DNA of 64,000 bases, taken from NCBI RefSeq assembly GCF_006345805.1, contig NC_043000.1, positions 70,184,001 through 70,248,000 on the forward strand, written 5' to 3'. Positions 50,050-64,000 of the stretch are shown piece after piece. The notes beneath the pieces are model-generated. The model ran no database searches. It saw nothing but the letters and a program-made list of their open reading frames with translations, and had not been told where the DNA came from. Every line of letters begins with the position of its first letter. The first letter of the stretch is position 1. The stretch comes from Octopus sinensis (Eukaryota). A program made the position numbers and the translations under genes.

Positions 50050-50305
50050 GTGCGTGCGGGCGTGTGCGGGCGTGTGCGTGCGTGTGCGTGTGCGTGCGTG
50101 TGCGTGTGCGTGCGTGCGTGTGCGTGCGCGTGCGTGCGTGTGCGTGTGCGTGCGTGTGTGTGCGTGCGTGTGCGTGCGTGTGCGTGTGCGTGTGCGTGCG
50201 TGTGCGTGCGTGTGTGCGTGCGTGTGTGTGCGTGCGTGCGTGTGTGCGTGCGTGCGTGCGTGCGTGTGCGTGCGTGCGTGTGCGTGCGTGTGCGTGTGTG
50301 TGTAT
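49990..50305. repeat. (TG)n/(TGCG)n degenerate microsatellite
   Basis: Direct reading. Confidence 0.95.
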
Positions 50306-53044
50306 GTGTTTTCTTAGATGGTACTCCTCTCAATATTATCTATTATCTCTTGCCATACTAGTAATCAAGCTAACTCTTCAATCGAGTACTCAATATCAAA
50401 CTGGAGCTTCTTCCTTCGTTTGGTTTAAAACATAAATATATTCGCCGTCAGCTCGAGAGTTCGCCAACAATTAAATATATTGATAGTTATTGTAAATTTA
50501 CGTACTATAGATCTACATGACTTTTGCTAAGCTCGATTATTTAAATAGATGAAGATCCTACTTGAAAACAAAGTTATTTATTTAAGTGTAAGGCGTCTAT
50601 CGCACTGAAACTATGGTGTATCTTTAAGAAATAATATGTAAAGTGGTTGTAAAAACGTTGTTCGAAGACAAACGTTTTACTTTAAAAGTCAACAGAATAC
50701 AAGCTTTACTAAATACAATATTCTCTAACACGTTGATGTTCAGCAAACGGCACTAAATGAAATTTTAATCGTGGTTGCTTTGAAGTTATTCACATGCAAT
50801 CTATTTGCACAGCAAATCTTGTACTAGCACTTGATAACACCTGAATCCGTTCAGACAGATCTACATTTGTTTTGACAGTTTCCAATATTTAATGATTTCT
50901 GAATGTTTCTTCTTTACTGGCTATCTTCATTCTTTTCAAAATGATGTTTTGGTTTTATGCAATGAAAACGTACTACAATATAAAACCAGTTTTGTTAATA
51001 GTTTACTAACACACTTCCATTATCATATACTATAAAGCTTTTTTCTACTTTGGTAAGGCATTTATCCTAATCAGTATTAAATTTCTAATTAAATTGTAAC
51101 AAGTCAATCAGTTTATCTACTATCAGTTTATCTACAAACAGATTTTAAACTACTAAAATGATTGTATATTGAACAAGTTAACTACTAATGCGTATAACCG
51201 ACTGCTTAGCAATTAGATTAAAAACCCACACTATACATTTTATATTCTTTACCTGATTACTGGATGTAATGTTTCTATTGCTGAAAATATTTTTACGTTC
51301 CATTTCTTGGGAATTCTTTCACATTAATTTTAGCATTAATTCTAAATTTTAGCTTCTCAGAAATTCTGAAAATCAAGGATTGTGTTGCACTTTCTTTTTC
51401 TCTAAATTGTTGGGAATAAATTATTTATGTCTTCTTTCGGGTAACTGAACTTCATTTATTGTGTTCAAGTGCCTATAATACTTTTGAATTAATAATTGTA
51501 TACTTTATGTGGATATTTGTTTATTCAAGAAGAATATTCAAGATTATACGATCTGACCAATTTACTTAATTTATTGGTAATCATTTATCTTAAAATGCTT
51601 TATTTTTTCTATGAGGGACTAAATGAACACGATCATAAATGGCAAAGAAAATAACAACTACAATCACTCGGTTACAGAACGACATAGCAGCTTAGTCTAT
51701 TTGCTATATTTGTCAGATACTCCTTTGAAACCTTTCTGGATTTAAGACCGGTGTTACGTCAACATGTCCCACAATAAAGAGTTTTAAAATGGTGAGTGAA
51801 TGCGGATGATATGTAGTATGCGGAGAAATGCATAATGCTCTTTAACTAAGCTATCAAAACAAAAGTACTTTCATTCTATATTTGGGTTAAAGTTTTTATA
51901 GGATTACTAAATATAACGAAAAGAAAGCAACAGACACAGTAGATAAAACAGACAGAGTTATATTGCAGTGACCATATCAACCATTGAAACACTGTCAGAG
52001 AAAAGACATTTGTAAAGAAGTCTGTTGTGGTAAAAAGGACAACGATGTCTTTTTGTCACCAGACAACCATAGATAATATACATTACCCGCTTATATTTCC
52101 ATAAACTGTAATTGAGACAAGAAGAATATTTCTAGATATACCCAACGCATTTCGGTACTTGAAACTCTTTTCGTTCGTTCCAGCTATAAGCACAGCGCAC
52201 GAAAAATTTAATGTGCAGATAAAATTTAATGTAGAAGATGCTAACTACAAGATTTTAGAATTTCTTTGTTCTGTTCAAGAACATCTAGACACTTTTTCCA
52301 GGCTTTTCGAAAAGGTGTTTAAATCTAGTTTTATCTGGCAAGTTAAATGACAGCTATCAACAAGAATGTATGTTAACATATTCTAGGGATTTTCCCAAAT
52401 GTCAAACTGCTAATAAAATTTCTTAATTCACATTCTGTAATGGTATAAGATGGTTCAGAAAATACAAGCAGAGAGAAGGGAATTCAAAACATTTACATCG
52501 ATAGGTATTAATAAAACGTGATGTCGAATTTCATAGTGTCTCTTAATCCACGTTCATATTTAATAGTAAACCTTTTATAAGAAAGTCTGTTATTTGTTAT
52601 AATAGTTACTTTAGATTGTTTTTATGTTTATTAATCTGCAGATTGCTCTCTATATCTGTCCGGACAGACACGGCATACAATCTAATCACCTAGAAGTGAT
52701 TTTCTTTTCTGCTTTCTTTAGAATTGTTTCTTTTTTTTTCTTTAACTTTGTTCAAACTATTGCAACGATATGAGCATTAACCTGCAAATATTTTATATAA
52801 GATAGCATAAATTAAATGTTTCTTTAAATTACATCGACGCTCTTGCCTCTACCATTTGTTTCTGTATGTTAATCGTGCAACACATTTTCCCAGGTCTAAA
52901 TGAAAGTTTTACAATTCATCGAAGTTGTTACAGAATAGTTTCCATTTTATAATTCCTAGACTCTAACTCCTCAGGAATGTTTTACGTTTTTTTAGATTCC
53001 ACCAGGTTTCTTTCTATGCACCAAGGGAGCTCTGATAAATATCG

Positions 53045-53225
53045 GTTTCAAATTTTGACACAAGGCCAGTAATTTCGAGGGAATGGGTAAGTCGATTACA
53101 TCGACCCCAGTGATCAACTGGTACTTATTTTATCGACCCCGAAAAGAGGAAAGGCAAAGTCGACCGCAGTGGAATTTGATCTCCGCTAAGCATTTTGCTC
53201 GGTGTGCTAACGAATCTACTAGTTC
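53045..53225 (-). mobile_element. SINE family C
   Basis: GTCGATTACATCGACCCCAGT...CTGGTACTTATTTTATCGACCCCGAAA...CTAAGCATTTTGCTCGG. Confidence 0.8.
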
Positions 53226-55751
53226 ACCGCGCATCTTTTCCACTTCGCCTTTAATAATGGTTTTACTGGGTTTTCTTCTTTAATTCTGATTTTTTCGTCG
53301 CCACATTTTACCTCTCAAAAGCTGTATCATCCATCATTTGCTTCCCTCTTAACAGAGCGTGTCACTATTATTTCTTCCTTATAGTAATTATCCATTCGCA
53401 GTTCTTTTGGTGGGGAAGGGGTCTGGTCCATTCAGTGGAACTTCCCTTTAATTTATGGACTTGTGAATTTTGATTAATTTTGGCTTGAGTTTCGATTTCG
53501 CTTAAATCTTTATGGTTATACGTTCATCTTGCTCACAATCATAAAATTATGGACTTCATTTTTCTGTAGCTCAAGTGACTTTTATCTTCTTACTAGAATA
53601 CAACTAACCCTGCTACTTTTGCCATATTCTTCAAGCACAATATTTTCCACACATTACTACATCATAGCATGCTCATGTGTTATGATTAGTGTCCCTGATA
53701 CATTTTCGGATGGTTAGCAAATAAACTATGGGCTTTTTTGACATTTCTATCTTCAGGGGGTTCCATTTTGTATCTACTTTCTTCATGTAACATTGTTATC
53801 GGTACCTCAGTCAAGTAGTTATTTCATCTTTTGGCAGCTAATTACTTCCAATCTCTTCAATCATTTTGAAGTAACCGTACACTTTCACTGGTAAACTGTT
53901 TGATCCTCGTTCAACTTTTCTGAGTTGGAAACCAGAACTAGATGCAAATGAACTCGACATGAGCATTAAAAACTTATTTCCGCATTGCTAAGTTAATTGC
54001 TTTTCAAGTACATTTTAATTCTTCTAACAGTAATGTCTAATGCTATCATTTTTGGCTCAAACTAAGATCTTTTAATATTTCAAAAGTATTTTTCAGAGGG
54101 ACTCTATTTTTGTATAATAATTTATGAGATAACTCCCAGTGCCATCTTTTTGTCACACTTCATTATAATGTTCTTTTCAAGTAATGTTCAACAAAATATT
54201 TTTGTTGATGCTGTTCTTTTGTTGTCGTTGTTGTTGTAGTTTTAACTGTCCTAGTTGATCTTCCTTTACTCGTCTTGATTTTGAAATACTTTTTGAGATA
54301 CCAACGTGTGGCCCAAGTTCATCTTTTGTCACTAATTTAGGATAGATTGCTGATGTTGATCATCTCTCAATTTAAACCGAATCGAGAGTATGAATTCAAA
54401 TTCTTGTTCCAATGTTCCTTATTTTGGTATATATAAGTCAGTAAGAATAAAATATTCGTTTGAATGAGATTTGCGGAAATATGAATAAGTTTATGTGTAA
54501 CCGTGAACCGGCACTTTAGTATACACCACATAAAAACACTCATTTAATATATCTCGCGTATATGTGCACTTTTCAGCTTATATAATTATGAACATGATTG
54601 TAAACCAGTATAAGTGTATACTGCTTACAGCACCAAACGAATGTCAGATCTGTAACTTTATACGACTCCAAAATTTCAAGTGAATTTCTTCACTCCTGTT
54701 GCTTGTTTCGCATCAACATCTACATTACTTATAGACGCACATGTCTAAACTTATCAAGTATACTCCCTTTTATGTGTTCCGCCTGTCTCATTTCCAATCC
54801 TTGTATCACATGCCTGATGATTGGTATCCATTTCATTGCTCTCAAACTGACTATGTGCCAATCTATAAAATCTCTCATAGTGTACATCATGGTCATAAAG
54901 TTAAACTTTGTAGCCCTTCTCCTATAAACCTAATTTTCAATATTATAAGGACGATCAAAACAGTTGTAAATAGCCACATTGATTATAACACTGATTTTGT
55001 CTCCCTTCTCAGTAATCAATACAGTATTTAGGAAATTACATTCTCAGGAAAGACTTTTTTTTTCTCTTTTTGATTTGTCGAAAGAAGGCGCTGGGCCCAT
55101 AGATTTAGCTAGTTTCCTGATTTCGTTGAAATTGACGTGGTTATTGTTCTTTAGGAATTTCAAGTCAATGGTATTTAAAGAAAAAACATGGGCAAGAAGG
55201 AAATTCCAGAGCGCTTACTTTCTAAAGAACAAATACAGAATTACTAGATATATAAAGAGAGTTCTATGCAACACCCACAAGTTCTTATATTGCAATTAAT
55301 ATATTATAAAAACAGGGTCCGAAAGTACGATGCTAGAATATTATTTACACATTTGGTAAGGTGTCAATATGCGCACAAATATCCAGGACCACATTCCAAA
55401 AAGACCAGTTACCAAAATACCACATTTGCTGGTTCTCTGACACGGTGTTTCCTCTATCACCCACTCTGATGCTCTCTCTCTTTCTCCCTCTTCCCTTCTC
55501 TCTCACACTATCGCTTTTCTCCCCCTCTCTCCCTCTCTGTTTACTCAGCAGATTTGCATACCTTCATCACTGAAACCAACTTGACCGTGTCTTCCACATT
55601 ATCTGTGCTTATTTCATTGCATAATTATTTTCTTGCAAAATGGATACGTTTCTAGCAAAGTTTTCAAACAAGTGTCATCCCACAAAATGAATTTAATGAA
55701 CTTGAATTAATGTTTCTTGTCATTCTTTAAAATGAATGGTAATATTTCTTC

Positions 55752-55935
55752 AGTTGCAGAATCGTTAGCCCGCCGGGCAAAAGGCTTAGCGGAATTTCAT
55801 CTGCCTTCACCTTCTGAGTTCATGTTTTGTCTTTCATCCTTTCGGGGTTGATAGAATAAGTACCAGTCGATCATTGGGGTCGATGTAATCGACTTAACCC
55901 TTCCTCAAAATTACTGGCCTTGTGTCAAAATTTGA
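55752..55935 (+). mobile_element. SINE family C
   Basis: GCAGAATCGTTAGC...CTTTCATCCTTTCGGGGTTGATAGAATAAGTACCAGT...GGGGTCGATGTAATCGAC. Confidence 0.8.
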
Positions 55936-57089
55936 AACTAATATTTTAATTGATCTTACCGCTGTGGGATGGCCTACTTTTCTTCAAGAAATGTTAGAGT
56001 ATCAGTCAAACTGTTCCGTATCAATTACTGTTCTTTATGTCTTGCGTCTAAATTCTGCGGTGGTCAACTTTCCCTGGTTAATAAAATCAGGTAAAATATG
56101 CTAGAGCTCTATATGTACAGAGTGCAAGAGATATTTGATGATATATTTGCAAATTTAAGAAAGCAACTTTAATATAGCAAAAACCAAATGTATTTTGATG
56201 AAATAAAATTGCACTCATATTCTCAATAGAATTTCTTATAAAATTATTCTATGACTACACCTTTAGCTTGAGTGAGTACTTAAATGCGAGACCGGAATCG
56301 TTATTCATTGATAATTTTTTGAACCCACAGGATGAATTGCTTACAGTGTCCGAATGTTCAGAATGCTTGAACCATTCTCGCCACAGGTTTCCAGTTCCAT
56401 CCGATCGTTTTGTGCAAAAATCTTGTAACATTTAGAAACTTGGCAATTTCGCACAATGATAGCATGTCTTTTCATTTCTTCTCTTAGCATTTTATTTGCC
56501 ACGGGGCCCTAGAAGAAATAAAACCTTTTAATTAGTTTGAAAAGAGTAATATACTGATAGTTTAATGTTCTCAAATACCTTTTGTCCCTTATATACAGTG
56601 TCAAAATTGTATCAAATACACAGCATGAAACCTCAAACCATAGAAGAAAATAGGAATGTGTTACATTCATAAATTTCGTCACGTAATATTCATTATATCG
56701 AATGATTCCAGCAGGGAATTTAAACAGGATCATGAATTCTTTCATGACCTATGTTATCTGATCTGTTAATTTATAAACATATATTTAAACAAACTTGAAA
56801 ATATCATTATCTTCTGTTGCGTAATATCGCCATAGTTATAATATTCAGAGGTGAATATGCATTTTTCGTGCCTCTTGTGAATCGACATATTTATTCTGAA
56901 CTAATTTTGACCATGTTTCGGTTTATTGATATACTGTATCAGTATATTGAGTGATATAAACGTATGTGTATATAAGGTTTCCTTTCAATACCAAATATAT
57001 TCTTATTATTATTATACAAAATCGTGTTACCGCTCTCCCTCGAAGTTAGTGGCCCTGTACTACAATCTGAAATCAATATATAATATAGC

Positions 57090-57305
57090 TCTAAAGCAGC
57101 GAGGCAGCAGAATCATGATCACGTGGGGTAAAATGCTTAGCGGTATTTCGTCCATTTTTACGTTCTGAGTTCAAATTCTGCCGAGGTCGACTTTACTTTT
57201 CCTCCTCTCAGGACCGATAAAATAAGTGCCAGTTGAACCCTGCGTGTCGATGTAATCGACTTAACCCTCATACGAACTTGCAGTTCTTGTGTCAAAATTT
57301 AAACC
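57090..57305 (+). mobile_element. SINE family C
   Basis: GGCAGCAGAATC...AAATGCTTAGCGGTATTTCG...TCTGAGTTCAAATTCTGCCGAGGTCGAC. Confidence 0.8.
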
Positions 57306-57881
57306 AGATATAATATAGCTATCCGTTCAACTCAAAAGAAATAAGTCTATCATAATCTGAAAATCTAAAAACTGCTTACAATAATGCATTTATAGTTCCA
57401 TTGAATATTCCAACTCTGTCACACCTCCTACAAATGGATTCTCCAAGCTTTAATGGGGTTCTCATTATTATGTATGTGACTAGAATATATTTAAATATGT
57501 ATTCATGAATTTTAATCGAATTAATGTTTTTAGCTTCAGGACAATCAATCTGAAAGCAAATGCTATTTCAATAGTATTTGTTCAATAGTATGAATTTGCT
57601 TAATTTTTTTTATTACACATACCTTTGAAATCTACTTAATCTTCATTGCACATTTTAGTTTTCATATTGAACAAATAAGAGCTATCTAAAACTCTTCAAA
57701 GTATTTTCTTTGCCAAATAAAAGTCTTGAGAGATTATCATTCTATACGTTGCTTGAAAAGTGATGCGTTTGTTGATATAGTACAAAGGCCATTTACTTAA
57801 TTTGAAATTTACTTAATTTGAAACACATGTTAATGTTTCAAACTTGGTCATAACTAGGCTTTTGAAAGTACAATTAAATTC

Positions 57882-58958
57882 GGATGTTTTCACTTTCATC
57901 GGCAAATCGAAAAATTAAGTTTTTGTAATTAAATACTTTCAAACTTCGGACACTGGTAGAACGTGTCATATAAAACATATTTTACTCTTAGCGTTGTTGA
58001 TAAAAATTTCTATTTACGAGGTTATTTCGTGTTAAAGTTGTCGTATTTCAGTAATTTCAACCAATGACTTGTTTTCAGCTGAATAAAATTACTGCTGTTG
58101 TTTGTCAACAACTTCCGGGGTATATATTTCATTTGCCACTGTTATCTATGACATATTTCATCTCAGTTACTTTCGTATGAATAAACGAGTGTATCTGAAG
58201 CACGTTTACTGCATGACACCACCATAATCGTTCGTGCATTTCTACTGCTTTTAGGTTTTTTCCTGTTTTCAGCTACAATTTTCGAAAAGACTTCCTCCCG
58301 TACGCTCCCTTGCCCATTTTCTCGCAAATTATTGTTTTTTTAATTTTTTTTGCCAAAAACCCAGCTTTTCGGATACGGAGATTCCGGAAAATTGCCAAAA
58401 ATCGGAATTTTGAAATATTTTGGCTCCCTTCCAATTTCTTCATTTTTCACTTTTTCCGTAACCCTAACCCTAAAACGCTAACCTAGCCCTAACCCTAAAG
58501 CCCTAACCCTAAACCTAAAACCCTAACACTAAAACCCTAAACCTAAAACCCTAACCCTAAAACCCTAACCCTAAAATGCTAACCCTAACCCTAAAACCCT
58601 AACCCTAACCCTAACCCTAAAACCTTAACCCTAAAACCCTAACCATAAAACCCTAAAGCTAAAACCAGTACAAACGCACGAACGATGTCATAAATAACAG
58701 TGACAATATACACCGCCGATAGTTGTTGTTGACAAACAACAGCAGTAATTTTATTCAGCTGAATACACGTCACTAATTGGTTGAAATTACCGAAGTACCT
58801 CAACTTTAACACGAAATAACTTCGTAAATAGAAACTTTTCTCAACAACGCGAGAGTAAAAGATGTTTTATATGACACAGTCTACCAGTGTCCGGAGTTTT
58901 AAAGTGTTTAGTTACAAAAAATGAATTTTTCGATCAGCCGATAAAAGTGAAGAGATCC
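57882..58958. mobile_element. Long-TIR non-autonomous DNA element (Kolobok-like termini) with an internal telomere-like array
   Basis: 57882-58160 and 58229-58258 mirror 58655-58958; ends GG...CC with TTAA at the right flank and a displaced TTAA on the left. Confidence 0.7.
58459..58666 (+). repeat. Degenerate (CCCTAA)/(CCCTAAAA) telomere-like array
   Basis: TAACCCTAACCCTAAAACCCT... read directly. Confidence 0.95.
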
Positions 58959-61900
58959 TTAAATTCAATCGAAATTGAAACCAGTGATATTTTACACAAG
59001 ATAATCAGTAACATTAAGAAAGCCCTGTTCACCTCAAAATTGTTAACACTGCCATCTTAAATATTTAAACCAATAATGTAATATTGTATAATACAATGTT
59101 ATATAATATCTAGAATCTAGTGTACTAATCAATTTACCAATTATACCGATCTCATTATTCCAAGCATAATGCATTAATGTGCATGCCAAGCTATTCCAAG
59201 CTTACTTTTTTATATATCAGGTTTCATATTCCTACACCATGAAAAATTATTGCAACTACGCATTGATTTTAAACATGTCTTTTAAGGTTTAGGGAGCATT
59301 TTACTTTTAAAATGGAACTTGCTCCTTCAAAGGCTTACCCGCCAAAGATGTTTTCTTTCTTCCTATTTCTCTGGATATGTACTATAAGTATGTCAAATCA
59401 TATTTAACGACTTACTTTTTGAAAAGATGTTTCTCCAACTTTGATATCAGGAACTTCAGCTATCAGTTTGTTTAATTTATTCAGTATTCTCATTTTCATT
59501 TTTAGTCCTATTGCTTTACTTCTTAATAACATTAAAATATGAAACGGATGCCAGACTTGACCTGCTTCTATAAGCATTATCTAATGGAACAGGTCCACCT
59601 AGTTCCTTTGAATGGCGCGAAAACTCAAACACTTTACATACAACGAGAAATTTTATTCAGTCGTCTCTACACATAAATAAGACATATCTAAAACATTCAA
59701 AAATTCTAAATTCCATACTCAACTACCACTGAAAGTCTTTCAAAGCGATCACACTACTTCTACTACAGTCCAAAATTCTAGATTTCCTATTTCTCTAAAT
59801 CAGCTATCTTTGTACTACCTTCAACGCGATACAAACCCATTCTATGTACCCGGTTCCTGCCTTTTTTCTCTCCTGTGTTTCCGTTTGGCCGTCTTCCGTC
59901 CTCAGAAGTGTAATTTTCGGGGACCTGACGGTTCACAATCTCCCCATGGGAATCAGTTTGCAAAACCTGTGTGCAGTATCTCAAATGTGTCAAATTCCAG
60001 TGCCTGGAAGTATTTCCAATAGCTACTGGATACTGTTTTCCTTTCTAGATCTAAATAATAATAGGTACTTTGAAAATAAATTCGAAATAATTTATCAGCT
60101 CCAATAAATTGCTATAAACCTGATATATAACACCTACTGAAATATATTAGATGAAAATTGGGGTAGCCGAGTGATAACATCAAAATTTTCGTCTGTGTGC
60201 TGCATCTCAACACTCATATTTGGAGCCATATTGCATGAAATTTTATACGTAATCAAATTCATCTAGTTTATAAATAAAGAACTTGTCAGTTTTATTTATT
60301 TTCAATGTGTAATATCTTACAAAACAAGCACACAAAAGTATTTTCTTTTGTATTTGCATCTTCTACTATTTTACGAGATGTTTATGAATATAATATTTAA
60401 CATCCAAAGTTTCTTTCTAAATGGAAAGCAATATTTTTATCTACAAATATGCAGTAAACAGCCTATTCAGTTGATAAACTACAGCTTGACTATTCCACTC
60501 AATTCTATTTTTCTTCTATTTTCCTCCCACATTCTCAAATGAAATTAAATTCTATTGAAAGTTAAACCGCAACTGATGATGTTATCTCGGCTTTGTTACA
60601 TATTTCACAATTTTTTAGCGAATTCCCATCAGGTTTGGTCATATTTCACCTATTACAGTGCTTGATATAGATATATCTTCACCTAGTTTGTGTTTGGGGA
60701 CAGTTTATTGTATGCAAACTTCAGTTTTTATCAACGCTTTCGTATTTTGTTATACGACTAAAATGCATCAATACACTCTATTTGTTTTTGCTATACAATG
60801 TAAACATAATTTAAACGTCATCTCTTCTTTAACAATACATTATTTACATATATCTTGCACAAAGATTTCTTTTAAAAAAAACTTGAGAACACGTCAATCG
60901 TCTCAAAATAATACATTAGAATTGTTATAGATGTGTCTAGATTTTCGAATGCATACAAATAGCGTGTGCCTAAGAGCATGTGTACATTTGAATGTTTCTT
61001 ATACTCTCTACGTGCGTGTGAGTGACTGTGTGTGTACGCGCGCACGTGCGTGCATGTGTGTACACAAGTTTGCTCATGAGTAGTAGCATAAGATTGCTTT
61101 ACAATACTTTAACTATATTTGGCAATCACATTCGTAATATGAGGAAGCAAAGTGAGAAAGCAACAAATTGCTATATTTTAAAAGAGAAAGAAACCAATTA
61201 TTTCGATTAATTTTATTCATTTTATAAATTATTAGAGAGCGAAAGACGCGTGTTTTAAACAAACATAACAAATAATATATAGGAACAATAAGAAGGGGAA
61301 AATAATGCAATCAAAATTCTGAAAGAGAATTACTGAACCAATGCAAAAATGTCCTTTGTGAAAATAGAGTAGATGCCATACCAACAAAATCGAGAAATAT
61401 ATAGTTGCAAGAGATGAAGAATATGTAATTAAAATGTATTAAGTGAAACAAATGAGAAATACATCCGTGAGAGTAAGTTGTATAGATTAATATTGCCTCA
61501 AATAGATTACTTTAATGTCCTTTCCTTGCTTCCCGCTTCGGTCATTACCTTATGCGTTTTTTACTTATATATTTAATTTAATTTTCACTCTTTTGTAATC
61601 TTACATCTTGATTTGAATAGCACCAAAATAAAATATTGTAGGTGATAACCATGATCCTCGGATTTCAATGAGAGTCATGTGCAAATTTACATCTTTGGTG
61701 GACACATTATAACAATAACCTGATGGTTTAAACCCAATTTAGATTTGCTTACCTTGAAAAACTAAACTTGCATTTAACAAGAAAAATGTTCTTCTATATT
61801 AAAAGTGGTACATTTCCAAAAGGCAGTTCTGCACAAATTCAATTACTTGTTTATTTAAGATGTTATCATTGAAAAGCTACCTCGATAAAATGTTATATTA

Positions 61901-62889
61901 ATGCTGCCGTAATGACAAAAGGTAAAATATGATGGAATATGAATACAGAAAGAAGTGTAAGGTGATGTATTCAAATGCACTACAAGGCTGGGGATTTTTT
62001 GCGTTCGAAGAGAACAAGTTTATTTTACAATGCAGCAATTCATCTAAGTTTCAAGCTAATTTTGTCTAAATTGATCCATAACGCCAGTGATTCTTTATGC
62101 CATTACTTCCTGTCAGTTACAGGATATGCACAACAAATTTGTTTGATAGTTGTTCGTTGCATTTTCAACACTGCCATATTTTCTCTCTCAGTTCCTCCAG
62201 TTGTGGTTGTAGTGGTAATTGCATGCTTTCTGGAAAGAGATGTCAGTAAATCCTTCATTGATACATATCTATGATCATTTGAGGTCATACAACTGACTCT
62301 TTTTACAAGATGGTTGCATGAGATGCATTAAATTTAAAATGTTATTAACTCATCATTCTCTACATATTGTTGAGTAAATCAATAGTTGTCATAGTTTACT
62401 ACTAAACATTCTCTTTATTGTTTTACAACAAAAATCTCATTGTTCTACAGCTCAAATATCATTGTTTTACCCATAAAATCTCATTTAAAAAGAACATATC
62501 GTTTCCGTCTCAAGAAAATATCTTCAGTAAGGTTCTGTTTATACGTTTTCGTTAATCAATGTCGAAACTACCTAAAGAACTTTATATTTTTATTGTTTTC
62601 TGCTCCTTATGAACAAAATTATAAACAATTCCTAGCAGGTAGTTCTCTGATATTTTCAACATAAAGCGCTCATGGCAGCATTTTCCAGGCCATGAGACTG
62701 ATGAATGGAAAGGATAAAATTAACCACAGACTTGAAACCTGGCTCAAATGTTAGCAACAAAGTGAACGCTATGAAAAACAATCGATAGTCTTGTGATGGC
62801 GCTAAAGCAGGCGACTGATTAAGTCTACCACTAAAAAAAAGAATGCTTCATACGACAGGATTCCTCATAATTTTATCAAGTAAATTTTA

Positions 62890-63005
62890 TTCAAATTTCA
62901 TTGTGACACGAGACTATGGTAGAAGACATTGCCTCAAGGTGCGACAGAGTGGCTTTGAAGCTTAAACTACGTAGTTGCAAAGAGAATTACATACAACCAT
63001 GCCTT
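62890..63005 (-). mobile_element. SINE family A, old partial copy
   Basis: GAGACTATGGTAGAAGACATTGCCTCAAGGTG. Confidence 0.45.
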
Positions 63006-64000
63006 GACATAGGAATGGCCGTGTCTATACTTGGCTGTATGTTTTCCATTGTGTTATTTGAGCTTACATTTCAAAACTAGTGGACCACGTTTAAGGAAAT
63101 AACCAAAAGCAACAACAAAGGCAAATTTTAGTTGCCCACAGTCTTCATAACACTTCATATAAATAATATAGTGATCATTAGTTTATTTAACAGAATAACA
63201 AATGAAAGGGAATATCATTGATGTAGAGTTTTTTGATCCACTTTTGGTAAAGATTACTGTATACAGCTATTTTAAAAATCACTTGAATAACCGTGAATAT
63301 CTATCGACACGTCTGGTAAGAGTTGCTATATCACGACTTTTTATAAATATTTGAACTGCTAATTTTTATATAGACTATATAAATATAACATCACAAAATT
63401 ATGCATGTAATAACACAAAATAATTTAATTATTTCTTGAATTACTAATTAGTCATGTTCCCGATATACTTCAACTAGTAACATTTACTTATTTAACATAA
63501 CTTAATATTAGTCCTTTGGGATGCTGAACGTTCACAAATTATAGAGATTCTTTCACTAAAGAGAGTTTATATCCTCGGGTTGGCTGCATTTCTTGTTCGG
63601 CAGCACTTGAACTCCAAGTCGTGATATATTTTAACGTATGTATTGAATTATACTCGTTGTTATAACACTCAACTAATTGGCTACTTCCCCTTGTTTCTTA
63701 ATTTTAATCATGTAGCGTAAAGAAATTTAATGAAATTCTTGCCTATACACGAGATGGCTCAGTTATTGGGTTTCACATTGTAAATATGCATGTGTGTGTG
63801 CCTGTGTGTGTGTGTATTTGCATGCGTGAGTGCATGCGTATGTGTCAGAGAGAGAGAATGTGTAAGTTTGTGTGTTCGTATGTGCACATATACATCTGTA
63901 TATATGAACGTATACACATACATGCACATATGTAAATATATGCTTATTATATATGATTATCCATAGACATATCTATGTATGTGCGTAAAGAAATAAAGAC

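Noticed and set aside
53400-55000. Protein-like stretches with stops on the minus strand
   Set aside because: No recognisable family; could be an old transposon, so left uncalled
58459-58666. True chromosome end or CRISPR-like array
   Set aside because: Interstitial, degenerate, enclosed by TIRs, and without unique spacers
62490-62532. Minus-strand CTGAAGA...GAAAC-GATAT-GTT
   Set aside because: Stems I and II unsupported

Overview
Very AT-rich, repeat-saturated eukaryotic DNA. The SINE families, microsatellite load and LINE types suggest an octopus genome, but this is inferred from recollection of such repeats and was not searched. No host protein-coding gene could be identified with confidence, and most listed ORFs are translated microsatellites. 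Recognisable content: (i) decayed retroelements, namely an RTE 3' end, five R4/Dong-like RLE LINE pieces (four next to (TAA)n tracts), an RT-less L1/Tx1 element and Penelope-like (PLE) GIY-YIG remnants; (ii) DNA transposon remnants, namely a Tc1/mariner transposase, a mariner MITE, an hAT end and two long-TIR MITEs, one carrying telomere-like repeats; (iii) three SINE families. The main result is a dense set of type I hammerhead ribozyme (HHR) motifs folded by eye: five with a complete catalytic core and all three helices (3408, 6660, 15420, 21513, 42802) and about a dozen near-intact or decayed ones. Several sit in ~455-575 bp units bounded by direct repeats (retrozyme/pseudo-LTR architecture). 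Two lie at the turning point of fold-back palindromes, and one is fused to a tRNA-derived Pol III head. All folds and alignments are manual and need computational confirmation. Some near-identical palindromes could be assembly artefacts.
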